DNA of 63,010 nt, the filler included, from Bigelowiella natans CCMP2755 (taxonomy: Eukaryota > Protista > Cercozoa): the NCBI GenBank assembly GCA_000320545.1. It is 9 parts of 9 records of this genome, joined end to end, with 100 filler letters (N's around TTAATTAATTAA, not from the genome) between each part and the next. Parts side by side here need not be neighbours in the genome. Positions count along the whole stretch, not along the records: positions 1 to 29,428 come from ADNK01001341.1; positions 29,529 to 39,828 come from ADNK01003106.1; 7 more parts are not named here. The stretch is one strand, 5' to 3'. Under the pieces are notes generated by a model. The model ran no database searches and had not been told where the DNA came from. It saw only the letters and a program-made list of their open reading frames with translations. Below are positions 27,621 to 36,430 of this stretch, one piece after another. Position numbers and translations under genes: made by a program. Numbering within the stretch: the stretch's first letter is position 1; the number at the start of each line of letters is the position of its first letter.

Positions 27621-28113
27621 TACAAACCATACAATATCAAAATTCAACAAGCATAAATGCCCTTTTCCTTTTTCTTCAAATGTATGATAAAAATATATGT
27701 GTGAATTGGGATTATTTGTAATATAAAACATGAAGGACAGCTAAATAAGTCATTCAATAGCGATGTAGTTTCAATTGTTGCCGTTCTGGTGCTGCTGACA
27801 GGGGGCGTTGAAGATACCCGTAACATCGGATAGCGAAGACTACGAAGAGGGAGAAGAGTACCTAACTGTGATGGAGAAAGGAAGGGAGCTGGGAAAGGAC
27901 AAGTGGGATGATAAGGAGAACATAGCTATCGATTCTGAAGAGGCCTTCGACGCTTTCGGTTCCGAAAACGACGCGGCGGCGGATGCTGCGCACAGCATAG
28001 ATTCCCCCACGATAATAGGAGAACAAGGACATGACGAGGCAATCATAACGGACTTTTCATTGCAGCAGGGAGTTCATAGTGAGGGATCCTATGGAGGAGG
28101 GGGGCTGGCATAA
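26840..28113 (+). CDS. Hypothetical acidic multi-exon protein (start unresolved)
   Basis: Consecutive GT-AG bounded acidic exons at about 27078-27218, 27367-27530 and the ORF ending 28113. No recognisable domain. Confidence 0.4.
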
Positions 28114-28929
28114 TCCGTCAATAGCTTTATCGTGATAAGAAGTTTGCGGTGAGCAGTATTCAAGGAGGTAGATGATGTTGTAATTTGCTCGTATAGATAT
28201 ACACATCTGGCGTCGTACTGAGTATCGAGGTGCCAACAAAGCTATATGGTACATTTTTGGAAGGCTGTACTATCATCATCGCGGGGTGCATGGCGATGTT
28301 CGTCACATGGAGTTTTATCATAGCAATATACTGTTGCTTGCCTAGCTTTCTCGCAATGTAGTCATTTTGCAATGGTCCGCACTATGTCCGTGCGAATACA
28401 AAGACCGATGCGCAGCATGCACGATACACGTCCACATTATTATTGTTATTAACCGCAACAACAACAACAACAAAGTGAATTTTTGCGTAGATCACAATGC
28501 ATATGCGTAGTAGGCATCCACACGCACAATCTTCTCTACAATGCCAAAGTTACCCCGCTTTCATTTTCATCGAGCTATATAGCTATGGTGGAAAAAATCA
28601 CTCGCATCGATAGTACTAGCTGCACGGTACGCGTGTCCAGCTCGTCGTAGCATGTACGACGATCATGCTTTGTGTGGCTGCGCACGGCCGGTGGCATTGC
28701 ATGAACACTTTCGTTCGTAGCGCTGCATGCTGTACAAGTGTAATATACTATGTATATTGCGGGCGAACTATAGAACATTTTGAGTGCCGCGTTACCCAAC
28801 GCATGGAGACACTGCGCACCGATAAAATGTATCGTGTGATGATGATCGCGACAGTTAGACAGACAGTGCCATATATTACAGGGAATAGTTATGTTGAGGT
28901 TTCTTTTTGAGATTTTATCTCAATTGGAA

Positions 28930-29187
28930 TTAGAGGACGATATTGGCGCGCAGCTTGATGTCCTTGGATGAAGCTCCCACCATGACCTCGAATTTGCCGC
29001 GAACGATTTGCCACGAATGAGCGGTCTCGGAGAAGATGGAGATATCCCGTTTCGTCAGTCGAATCTCAATGTCCTCCGCCTTGCCAGGCTGCAGGAATAC
29101 CCTCTCGAAGCCCTTGAGCTGCTTAGGAGGTTCCCCTACCTCCTCCGGAAAGCGAAGGTACCTTACGTATTGTGTGTACGATTGTGA

Positions 29188-29223
<36 letters not shown>

Positions 29224-29428
29224 ATCTGTATTCGTGGAGTGCTTTGTTTTGGGCGCAGCATTTTGGAAGACAGACGGACAATGCAGAGAGCGTTAGTTAG
29301 CATTAGCCTCGCAATTACAGTTGCGACACTTCGGCACCAGCCCGAGCTCCTACATTCTTCACGCTGAATTGCACAGAAAGAGCCACTTGATCCTGCTCAT
29401 CGCTTCGTAGTAGACTGACGATGGTACC
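28930..29428 (-). CDS. 3' end of a GH3 beta-glucosidase (Fn3-like C-terminal domain), truncated by contig end
   Basis: FSVKNVGARAGAEVSQL|YLRFPEEVGEPPKQLKGFERVFLQPG..GKFEVMVGASSKDIKL, with one GT-AG intron at about 29162-29318. Confidence 0.85.
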
Positions 29429-29528
29429 NNNNNNNNNNNNNNNNNNNNNNNNNNNNNNNNNNNNNNNNNNNNTTAATTAATTAANNNNNNNNNNNNNNNN
29501 NNNNNNNNNNNNNNNNNNNNNNNNNNNN
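29429..29528. other. Artificial contig spacer (44 N + TTAATTAATTAA + 44 N)
   Basis: Identical 100-nt spacers also at 39829-39928, 47393-47492, 51578-51677, 53615-53714, 56714-56813, 58745-58844 and 60882-60981. The 12-mer gives stops in all six frames. Confidence 0.97.
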
Positions 29529-29885
29529 CCCAACGGCCACACCCAAACCACTCCTCTCAGTATTCATATCAGGGATTTTCGTCCACCCCGCACCCACATT
29601 CTTCAAATCCAGATACTCCCCAGATTTGAGATTATTACTACCATCATCCCCACCAACAGCAAACAGTTTGCCATCCCCAACGGCCACACCCAAACCATAT
29701 CTCACAGTATCCATATCAGGAATTTTCTTCCACCCCGCTTTCATATTATTCAAATCCAGATACTCCCCATTTTTAAGAGTATTACCATCATACCCACCAA
29801 CAGCAAACAGTTTGCCATTCCCAACAGCCACACCCAAATACTGCCTCTTAGTCATCATATCAGGGATTTTCGTCCACATCTTCAT
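29529..29885 (-). repeat. Near-identical tandem Kelch-coding repeats (147 and 144 nt period)
   Basis: Unit anchor CATATCAGG recurs at 29565, 29712 and 29856. Confidence 0.9.
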
Positions 29886-31157
29886 CTCCAGTAATTTTCG
29901 TTGTCGCTCTGCTTCCCTCTTCCTTGCTTCTGCTTGTTCTTTTAGTATCCTCTTAGTTGATTCTTCAAATTCTTTGACTAGTTTCGCTCTATTTTGTTTA
30001 CCCCCATCTATTTCTTTCAGCTTCTTCTCTAATTTTTCTAGCTTCTTTGTCATTTTCGCTTCATTTTGTTTCCCCTTCTCTACTTCTTCTTTCAGCTTCT
30101 TCTCTAATTCTTTTAACTTCTTCACAAGTTTCGCTTCATTTTTTTTCAAAACCGAAATTTTAGCATTTGCATCCCTCAAATCATCCCTCAAATTTGAATT
30201 TTCATCCCTCAACTTTGAAATTTCAGCTTCTAACTCCTTGATTTCAGACTCCAGACTCACAATCTCGTCTGACTCCATCAGCCCATAAGCCATTTTCAAT
30301 TGACTAACATAATTCCCAAAAGCTTTCTCAAACTTTTCCGTTGGATATTTGAAATCATCCAATGCTCTAAGTTTTTTCTTCACTTCTTTGAGTTGAAGCC
30401 ACTGTGTCGCATATGGTCCCATCCATTTCTCAAGTTCCTCAATTTTTGCTCCTGCTTTCATCTTTTCTTTTTGAGCATCAAACCATTTTCTTTCAAAATT
30501 GCCTCTATTGATGATGCGAGAAAATTCCTCATCAGCATAACGCAATGAGGTTTTGATGATGGCAATTTCTTCCTTTGCTTGATAGACATCACAAGCAGTT
30601 TGGGCAATTTCTTCCAACAGATGTTTACCTTTCTCTTCATCTAAAACATGCATGTTGATGAGATTTTCAACTTGCTTTCTTTCATCAGATGTAAGCCTCT
30701 CCGCCAAGTTTTTCTTTTCCTCTATCTTTTTCTTCCTCTCGTTTGCTTGTTTGGTGTCTTCAGTGAGGACAGTGAAGATTTTCTCAATGTTACCCATCAT
30801 CCCTACCATCGGGGTCAACATGTTCAACTGGAGCAGTTGGATGAGACTGCTCAACTCCTTGTCCAGTATCTCGGCTTCATCTCGGTTGTCGTTTCGGCTG
30901 TAAATAGCAAAACACGAGCACTGGCCTTCGTAGTTGTGGAAAAACTCCTTGAGCTTCACCATTGTGTTCTCTATTTTGCCCATCAACTCCTTGGATATGG
31001 ACAACTTCGTGGCACCAATCCGCTTCAACTCAGTAGCCACCAGCTTCACATATTGCTGAAGGTTATCAATGATGCTGTCCGCCGTCTGGACTTCACCATA
31101 CATGTTGTAAACCTCATCCACAAGACCGATTAGGCCGATAACAGTATCAACCACCAT
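29529..31157 (-). CDS. MLKL-like N-terminal four-helix bundle + long coiled coil + Kelch repeats (C-terminus truncated)
   Basis: ATG at 31157. First about 115 aa are amphipathic helices patterned like the MLKL/MCAfunc N-terminal domain (by eye). K/E-rich heptads follow. Kelch signatures MxTxR..GVAV..GKLFAVGG..EYLD..W. Kelch call is firm; the N-terminal call is inference. Confidence 0.75.
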
Positions 31158-31247
31158 TCGCACTTACTAGTAGCTCTCTATCGCGAAATGATGTATCTAC
31201 CAACTCGGAGAGTCTCCAGAGTCAGTTTTCCAAAAAATATATCCAAC

Positions 31248-32330
31248 TCAACTAACAAAGAATCCCCTATCAACTTGCTTTCTTTTTCGCTTACTTGTCC
31301 GTATTTCAACAGGTTCATCGGTCCACTTCTCCCTCGGTTTCGGTGTTTTTTTCTCAATTGCTTTTTTCACTATTTCGTTTTCAGCAGGTTTCAGTTGATT
31401 CTTGCTGAAAGTTTTGTCTAAAACACCTTCCAAAATATATCTTACTGGTCGGTCAGGTAATAATAATATGTTTTCAATTTTGTGCGGTTTCAACGAATAT
31501 CTTATGTCGCCCTCCCTGAAATTGCCTATTTGTTTCTCTCCTTTAAAATTCACAGGATAATCCAATTTGTATCTCACCTTCTTGCCGACCTCGTATAAAT
31601 CACAATCGCCTCCCTCCTTACAAGGAACTTTTCCTGTCTGCTTCAACTTCTTCACCTTAGCATTCTCGTTCAACTTCTTCAATATGTCAGGTAATAACTT
31701 TAACCACTGCTTACTTACTTTATCGTTCTCTAATTCTTTCACCAACTGAGTTTTAATAATAATACTACCGATACTCTTATTTCGTGCTTCCACATTTGCT
31801 TGTTGACTATGTCTCGCAATACCCGCCCTTCTTAAATATATTCCTTTCTCTTTCAAATAACCATCCAATCCTTTTTTAAACTCACTACCAGCATCTACTT
31901 GTAGGATTTTCGGCGGTTTCAACACCTTGTTCTCGTAATATATCTTGTCTATCGCTTTTCTTACCGCTTCAGCAGTCCTTTTTCGTAGAGGTATAGCATC
32001 AGTTTGTTTAGTATGGTTATCTACTGCTACTAATAAATATCTAAACCCTCTATCATTAGGTAGATAGAGCAAGTCCATCTGTCCTCGCTTACCCGGATAC
32101 CCATAGGCATCGTTGTGGGTTGCTTTTACTTCAGGGTCTTGCTTTTTCTCCCTGGTCAATTCATCTACTAAATCCTTACTCTTCTTGCCGATTAAACTTC
32201 CCAGTATGGTTGGTTTCTTCTTTCGTTTGACTATCTTTTTCACTATTTTCTTTTTAGGCATTTCAGTTTCAGTATCAGTGTCATCATCATCACTACTGCT
32301 TTCACTACTATAAGGTTCTTTCTCGTCCAT
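31248..32330 (-). CDS. Retroviral-type (rve, DDE) integrase
   Basis: GQMDLLYL..YLLVAVDNHTK..LQVDAGSEF..QANVEARNK gives the D,D,E triad. Polinton-like C-terminal region YEVGKKVR..RYS; basic KRKRK tail. Confidence 0.92.
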   Translation of the reverse strand: MDEKEPYSSESSSDDDDTDTETEMPKKKIVKKIVKRKKKPTILGSLIGKKSKDLVDELTREKKQDPEVKATHNDAYGYPGKRGQMDLLYLPNDRGFRYLLVAVDNHTKQTDAIPLRKRTAEAVRKAIDKIYYENKVLKPPKILQVDAGSEFKKGLDGYLKEKGIYLRRAGIARHSQQANVEARNKSIGSIIIKTQLVKELENDKVSKQWLKLLPDILKKLNENAKVKKLKQTGKVPCKEGGDCDLYEVGKKVRYKLDYPVNFKGEKQIGNFREGDIRYSLKPHKIENILLLPDRPVRYILEGVLDKTFSKNQLKPAENEIVKKAIEKKTPKPREKWTDEPVEIRTSKRKRKQVDRGFFVS

Positions 32331-32372
32331 ATATACATAATGTGAGATATAAAATATATGTAGTTTATTTTA

Positions 32373-32567
32373 ATGGATAAAGAAATAGAACGAATACTCA
32401 TACACAAGGGATTAACCAAAGGAATAATAAGTATGATAGATGAATACCTACATCAAAGTTATTTAGTGTGTTTAACTCACAATTTCCGCAGACTTAACAA
32501 TAGTCCTAAACTTAAGTTCATCAACAAATTAAATTTTAAAAAAAAAATATGTAAATTAATAATATAG
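32373..32567 (+). CDS. Small viral hypothetical protein (64 aa)
   Basis: ATG-initiated ORF divergent from the integrase in a tightly packed viral region. Confidence 0.45.
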   Translation: MDKEIERILIHKGLTKGIISMIDEYLHQSYLVCLTHNFRRLNNSPKLKFINKLNFKKKICKLII

Positions 32568-32571
32568 AAAT

Positions 32572-32748
32572 ATGATAAAGTTAATATATGATTTAATCGT
32601 AAATTTGCTACCAGACAATTTTACAACATACAGAAATGATGATGCTGTTGTGGTTTATGACAGGTCAGTGTGGAAGATGGAAAGCAGGGACGATGCTATC
32701 TTATTGATTAAGAAGAATATATGTAATATGTCAATAATAAATTGTTAA
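32572..32748 (+). CDS. Small viral hypothetical protein (58 aa, not in ORF track)
   Basis: MIKLIYDLIVNLLPDNFTTYRNDDAVVVYDRSVWKMESRDDAILLIKKNICNMSIINC; starts 4 nt after the previous stop. Confidence 0.45.
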   Translation: MIKLIYDLIVNLLPDNFTTYRNDDAVVVYDRSVWKMESRDDAILLIKKNICNMSIINC

Positions 32749-32848
32749 TATATATTTATTCCAAATTTCATTTTCAACACATTCAACCCTCTCCAAGGTG
32801 TTGAAACACAATATTAAATTAAATATAAAAATATATAGTATAATATAT

Positions 32849-33808
32849 ATGAATAGTATACTCAAAGATGTTGACAGAACTTCTCTCTTTCCAATCAGGC
32901 ACAAAGACATATGGAATGCCTACAAGATACAACAAGCAGGATACTGGACCGCCGAAGAAATAGATTTCAGTAATGATGCCGATGACTTCTCCAAATTAAG
33001 TCAGGACGAACAAAAGTATTTAAAATATACCCTCATCTTCTTTGCGAATAGTGATATTGAAGTGAATGAAATGATAAATAGGAATCTATACGAGGAGTTT
33101 AAAGCATTAGAAATTCGTATGTGCTACGACTTTCAAAGGCAAATGGAAAATATACACACAGAAACATACAATCTACAGATAGATACTTTGATAAAAGATA
33201 AAAAAGAAAAAGAGGATTTGATAAATGCTGTAAAGAATAATCCTATCATAGAACAAAAGATTAACTTCTGTAGGAAACAGGTCTTGTTATACAACTCTAT
33301 ACAACATAAATTAATATGTCAGGTCATCTTTGAAGGCATATTCTTCGCTTCCTCGTTCGCTTGTATTTACTACTTCAAGCAGAAAGGTATATTAAAAGGT
33401 CTAACTTTATCTAATGAATTTATCAGCAGAGATGAGAACCTACATTATAGTTTCAGTATTATGCTATACAATAAGTTAGAGAAGAGACTATCACAAGCAG
33501 AAGTAGCGGTCTTGTTTGATAAGGCACTATGTATTGAGCGAGACTTCATCACACAAGCATTGCCTGTTAGATTGTTAGGAATGAATGCGGATATGATGTT
33601 AGACTATATCAAATTCACAATAGACAACATATTACTCAAATTAGGTTATGATACAATCCACAATGTGAGTAATCCTTTGACCTGGATGGAAAGACTGGAT
33701 TTACAAGGCAAGACCAATTTCTTTGAGAGTAGAGAAAGCAACTACCAATCTGCTAATGTATTAAACGAGAACAAAGAAGACATCTTTGAAGTAGATTTAA
33801 ATTTTTAA
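32849..33808 (+). CDS. Ribonucleotide reductase class Ia small subunit (R2)
   Basis: LFPI..YWTAEEIDFS.D, FFANSD, MENIHTETY (iron ligands and radical Tyr), EGIFFASSF, SNEFISRDENLH, GKTNFFE. ATG at 32849. Confidence 0.95.
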   Translation: MNSILKDVDRTSLFPIRHKDIWNAYKIQQAGYWTAEEIDFSNDADDFSKLSQDEQKYLKYTLIFFANSDIEVNEMINRNLYEEFKALEIRMCYDFQRQMENIHTETYNLQIDTLIKDKKEKEDLINAVKNNPIIEQKINFCRKQVLLYNSIQHKLICQVIFEGIFFASSFACIYYFKQKGILKGLTLSNEFISRDENLHYSFSIMLYNKLEKRLSQAEVAVLFDKALCIERDFITQALPVRLLGMNADMMLDYIKFTIDNILLKLGYDTIHNVSNPLTWMERLDLQGKTNFFESRESNYQSANVLNENKEDIFEVDLNF

Positions 33809-33823
33809 TCTAAATCATTATAG

Positions 33824-34033
33824 ATGCTACTGGAAATAGTTAGACTATTACAATTACAACTACGATTAACAAGATTAAGAAAAGAGATAAACAAATTGAT
33901 AAAGCAAAACAAGAAACTGATAAAAGAGAACAGCAAATTGTTGATACAATTAAATATTATGAAACAACCCTTTGATGACACTGGTGATTTAACTGATGGT
34001 GCTTTTAGGATGTTGATGGACGAAGAAAAATAA
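33824..34033 (+). CDS. Small coiled-coil viral protein (69 aa)
   Basis: Leu/Lys heptads; TCTA motif 11 nt upstream of the ATG. Confidence 0.6.
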   Translation: MLLEIVRLLQLQLRLTRLRKEINKLIKQNKKLIKENSKLLIQLNIMKQPFDDTGDLTDGAFRMLMDEEK

Positions 34034-34048
34034 TCTAATCTTTATTAA

Positions 34049-34159
34049 ATGATTGTAGTGTTATTAATATTAGGACTTATCTTTTCCATAGGATATACGA
34101 TAGGAAAGATAGTAGCAAGGAACACGGATTTAGACCCTACCAACGATATTAGAGTATGA
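34049..34159 (+). CDS. 36-aa single-transmembrane viral microprotein (not in ORF track)
   Basis: MIVVLLILGLIFSIGYTIGKIVARNTDLDPTNDIRV; TCTA motif at 34034-34037, 11 nt upstream. Confidence 0.5.
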   Translation: MIVVLLILGLIFSIGYTIGKIVARNTDLDPTNDIRV

Positions 34160-34460
34160 TGAGATTAAATTTATCAGCATAGTCCTCTAAACTATCCTTC
34201 AAATCAGGTTTATTCCACAAGACCCAACGAGATAATGAACCAGCAGTCAGGAATTTACTCCAATCTTCATTCTTCATATGCCTTGTCAGGTATCTATCTT
34301 TTCTGTTTATATCTTTATGTATCGTAAAGTCGCTATACCGACTATCTCCAAAGTCGGTGTGTTTTACTTTTATTATCCTTCCACCCTTATCAACATAAAA
34401 GAGCATCCTATACTTCTTATTTTTAAGAGGTGATTTCATTAGTTTAATATATATTTTCAT
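34149..34460 (-). CDS. Tlr6F-like (DUF5754-like) conserved protein of virophages, polinton-like viruses and NCLDVs
   Basis: KSPLKNKKYR..DFGDSRYSDFTIHKD..RKDRYLTRH..EDW..TAGSLSRWVLW; ATG at 34460. Confidence 0.75.
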   Translation of the reverse strand: MKIYIKLMKSPLKNKKYRMLFYVDKGGRIIKVKHTDFGDSRYSDFTIHKDINRKDRYLTRHMKNEDWSKFLTAGSLSRWVLWNKPDLKDSLEDYADKFNLIIL

Positions 34461-34470
34461 ATTATAATGA

Positions 34471-34560
34471 TTAACATAAAATAAATTGTTAAAAAACAAT
34501 TTATTTTATATTAAGAGGAAAAATAAATTTCTATTTATTTTTTCTTGTTCTTAACAAGAA
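34471..34560 (-). terminator. AT-rich hairpin cluster downstream of MCP (giant-virus-type 3'-end signal candidate)
   Basis: Perfect 15-bp stem ATAAAATAAATTGTT (34476-34490) / AACAATTTATTTTAT (34495-34509) with 4-nt loop. Further 10-bp (34519-34542) and 8-bp (34542-34560) stems. Confidence 0.6.
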
Positions 34561-34576
34561 TATTATAATATAAAAT

Positions 34577-36400
34577 TTATAATAACGAAGAGAGTTTCTT
34601 TTTCATTCCACCACCACTTACGGATGCTTTACCTCCCATCTTTTTCTTAAGCACATTTGCTCCCATTTTAAGAACGGCATCTTGAACTTTAGGATTAGAG
34701 GCAACATTCCGTAAGGTTTTCCCAACTTTAGATGCTAGACTGCTGAAGAACCCTGAACCGACTAATTTGTTTTCAACATCACTTCCTCCAAATTGTGCTG
34801 ATAATACATCCTGTTCTGTAATGAGGTTCTTAACAATCATAGAAGAACCTGCTAAAGTCTTGAAAAATCCTGATTGAGGGGTCATAATTACAAGTTGAAG
34901 GTTTGGAATAGCATCATTACCCATTGCTGTAGGTTTCATACAGGTTGCTTGGACTTGTAGTGTATAGTTTCCAATCACACCTGGTGCTTGTGAAGGATTT
35001 AATTCTATGTCTTTACCCATTTTAGCAATAACGAAACCACCACTGGTGTGGATTTTTCTGCCTTTACTTCTACTGCTTCCAATGTAGGTGTGGAAATCAA
35101 TTTCTAATCCATTATCATAACTCATCTTGTATAATTTATCCACAGGCATTGTGTTTAAAAGACCGCTTCTGTTATCAAAGGTAATGTTTAAATTTGTGAT
35201 GGGAAAATAGAATTCATTTTCAGTCGCATCATATGTTGTTTTCTTAACAGCAATAATTAAACTATCAGGGATACTTGGTAATGTTATGGTGGATGATAAT
35301 ATGGTTTTACTATTGTTTATCCCTTGAGAAAAACCATTACTATCAATAGTTCTGTATGTAGGGAACTCCATATATGGGACAATGTTTTCAGGGCTGACTT
35401 TAAGGTCTAAAGCAGGAGTTAAAAACACAACATCTATATAACTTTGTAAAAATGGTCCTGGTTTATTCGCTAATGTAACGAATTCTGCTCTACATGTTAT
35501 AGGACCTGCTTCAGTGCCGATTCTGTTTCCATCGTAACAGATTGCTCTGCTTGGGTCTTTAAAATTGATTTGGAGGGTAGCATTGTTAACACCATATAAA
35601 CCTACACTATGATAATTTTCAGGAACATAGCATAAAGGACTAATCATAAGTTTCTCTTTGGATGTAAATTTTAGGAAAAATTTATATTCTGCTTGGACAG
35701 CATTCGCAACTGCTCTTACAACTGGTTCACCATCTACATATGGATAAGCAACACCACCTATGGTCACATTTCCATTAAAGTTGTCCGCTAAAACATCGCC
35801 ATTTTCATTTACAAAATTAACATCAAAATGTGCTCCATTCTTGTGGTAGAATTTATCGCCGTCAAAGAACCCAGTAATACTATTATTGAATGCCCCTTTA
35901 CCTTCGCTATATTTTCCATAAGGTGATAAATAGGAAGGGCAAATCGCACTGCTACTATCATATTTTGGGTCAGTAGTCATTAGAAGTAACTGCTCGTTGA
36001 TGGATTGGTCTAAATTGGTTGTAGATACGGCATCGTTAATTTGTAAACTCATTGTACTAACCATTCGGTGTAAAGGGAAGTTGTTTAATGATAAGATTTC
36101 ACTTAAGGTTGCGATTTTAGCATTAGCAGCAGGGTTTCCATTCGCACCAAAATCAGCATTAGTATTAAAATCACCTCTGTTTACAGTAACTAAAAGGGTG
36201 ACCTCGGAGGTCCAGTTTATCTTACGGTCAACGAAGACATTTAAAGAAGGTATGGTGATATTATAGTTTTGATTACTCGCACTTGCGGATAAGGATTTAA
36301 TCTGTTTGTTATTGACTGACATAGAACTCTTAGAGATTTTGTATTCAGGTGGTAACTGAACGGTTCTAGCATCATAAACTGCTTTCTTACTTAAATTCAT
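34577..36400 (-). CDS. Virophage major capsid protein (607 aa)
   Basis: Size and motifs typical of virophage MCPs: YDAR, PSLNVFVDRKI, FPLHRMVSTMSLQIN, EKLMISP, GLYGVNN, ITLPSIPD, ITFDNRSGLL, APGVIGNYTLQ; Gly/basic C-tail. Confidence 0.92.
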   Translation of the reverse strand: MNLSKKAVYDARTVQLPPEYKISKSSMSVNNKQIKSLSASASNQNYNITIPSLNVFVDRKINWTSEVTLLVTVNRGDFNTNADFGANGNPAANAKIATLSEILSLNNFPLHRMVSTMSLQINDAVSTTNLDQSINEQLLLMTTDPKYDSSSAICPSYLSPYGKYSEGKGAFNNSITGFFDGDKFYHKNGAHFDVNFVNENGDVLADNFNGNVTIGGVAYPYVDGEPVVRAVANAVQAEYKFFLKFTSKEKLMISPLCYVPENYHSVGLYGVNNATLQINFKDPSRAICYDGNRIGTEAGPITCRAEFVTLANKPGPFLQSYIDVVFLTPALDLKVSPENIVPYMEFPTYRTIDSNGFSQGINNSKTILSSTITLPSIPDSLIIAVKKTTYDATENEFYFPITNLNITFDNRSGLLNTMPVDKLYKMSYDNGLEIDFHTYIGSSRSKGRKIHTSGGFVIAKMGKDIELNPSQAPGVIGNYTLQVQATCMKPTAMGNDAIPNLQLVIMTPQSGFFKTLAGSSMIVKNLITEQDVLSAQFGGSDVENKLVGSGFFSSLASKVGKTLRNVASNPKVQDAVLKMGANVLKKKMGGKASVSGGGMKKKLSSLL

Positions 36401-36430
36401 ATATAATTACACCGAGAAAAAAAATTTAAA

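Noticed and set aside
29473-29484. Recurring TTAATTAATTAA palindrome between N runs as a biological repeat or integration site
   Set aside because: Identical 100-nt construct at eight positions with six-frame stops; an assembly linker.
29626-30288. Antisense ORFs over viral and PRMT genes (also 37759-38250, 5262-5864)
   Set aside because: Shadows of real opposite-strand genes with biased codons.
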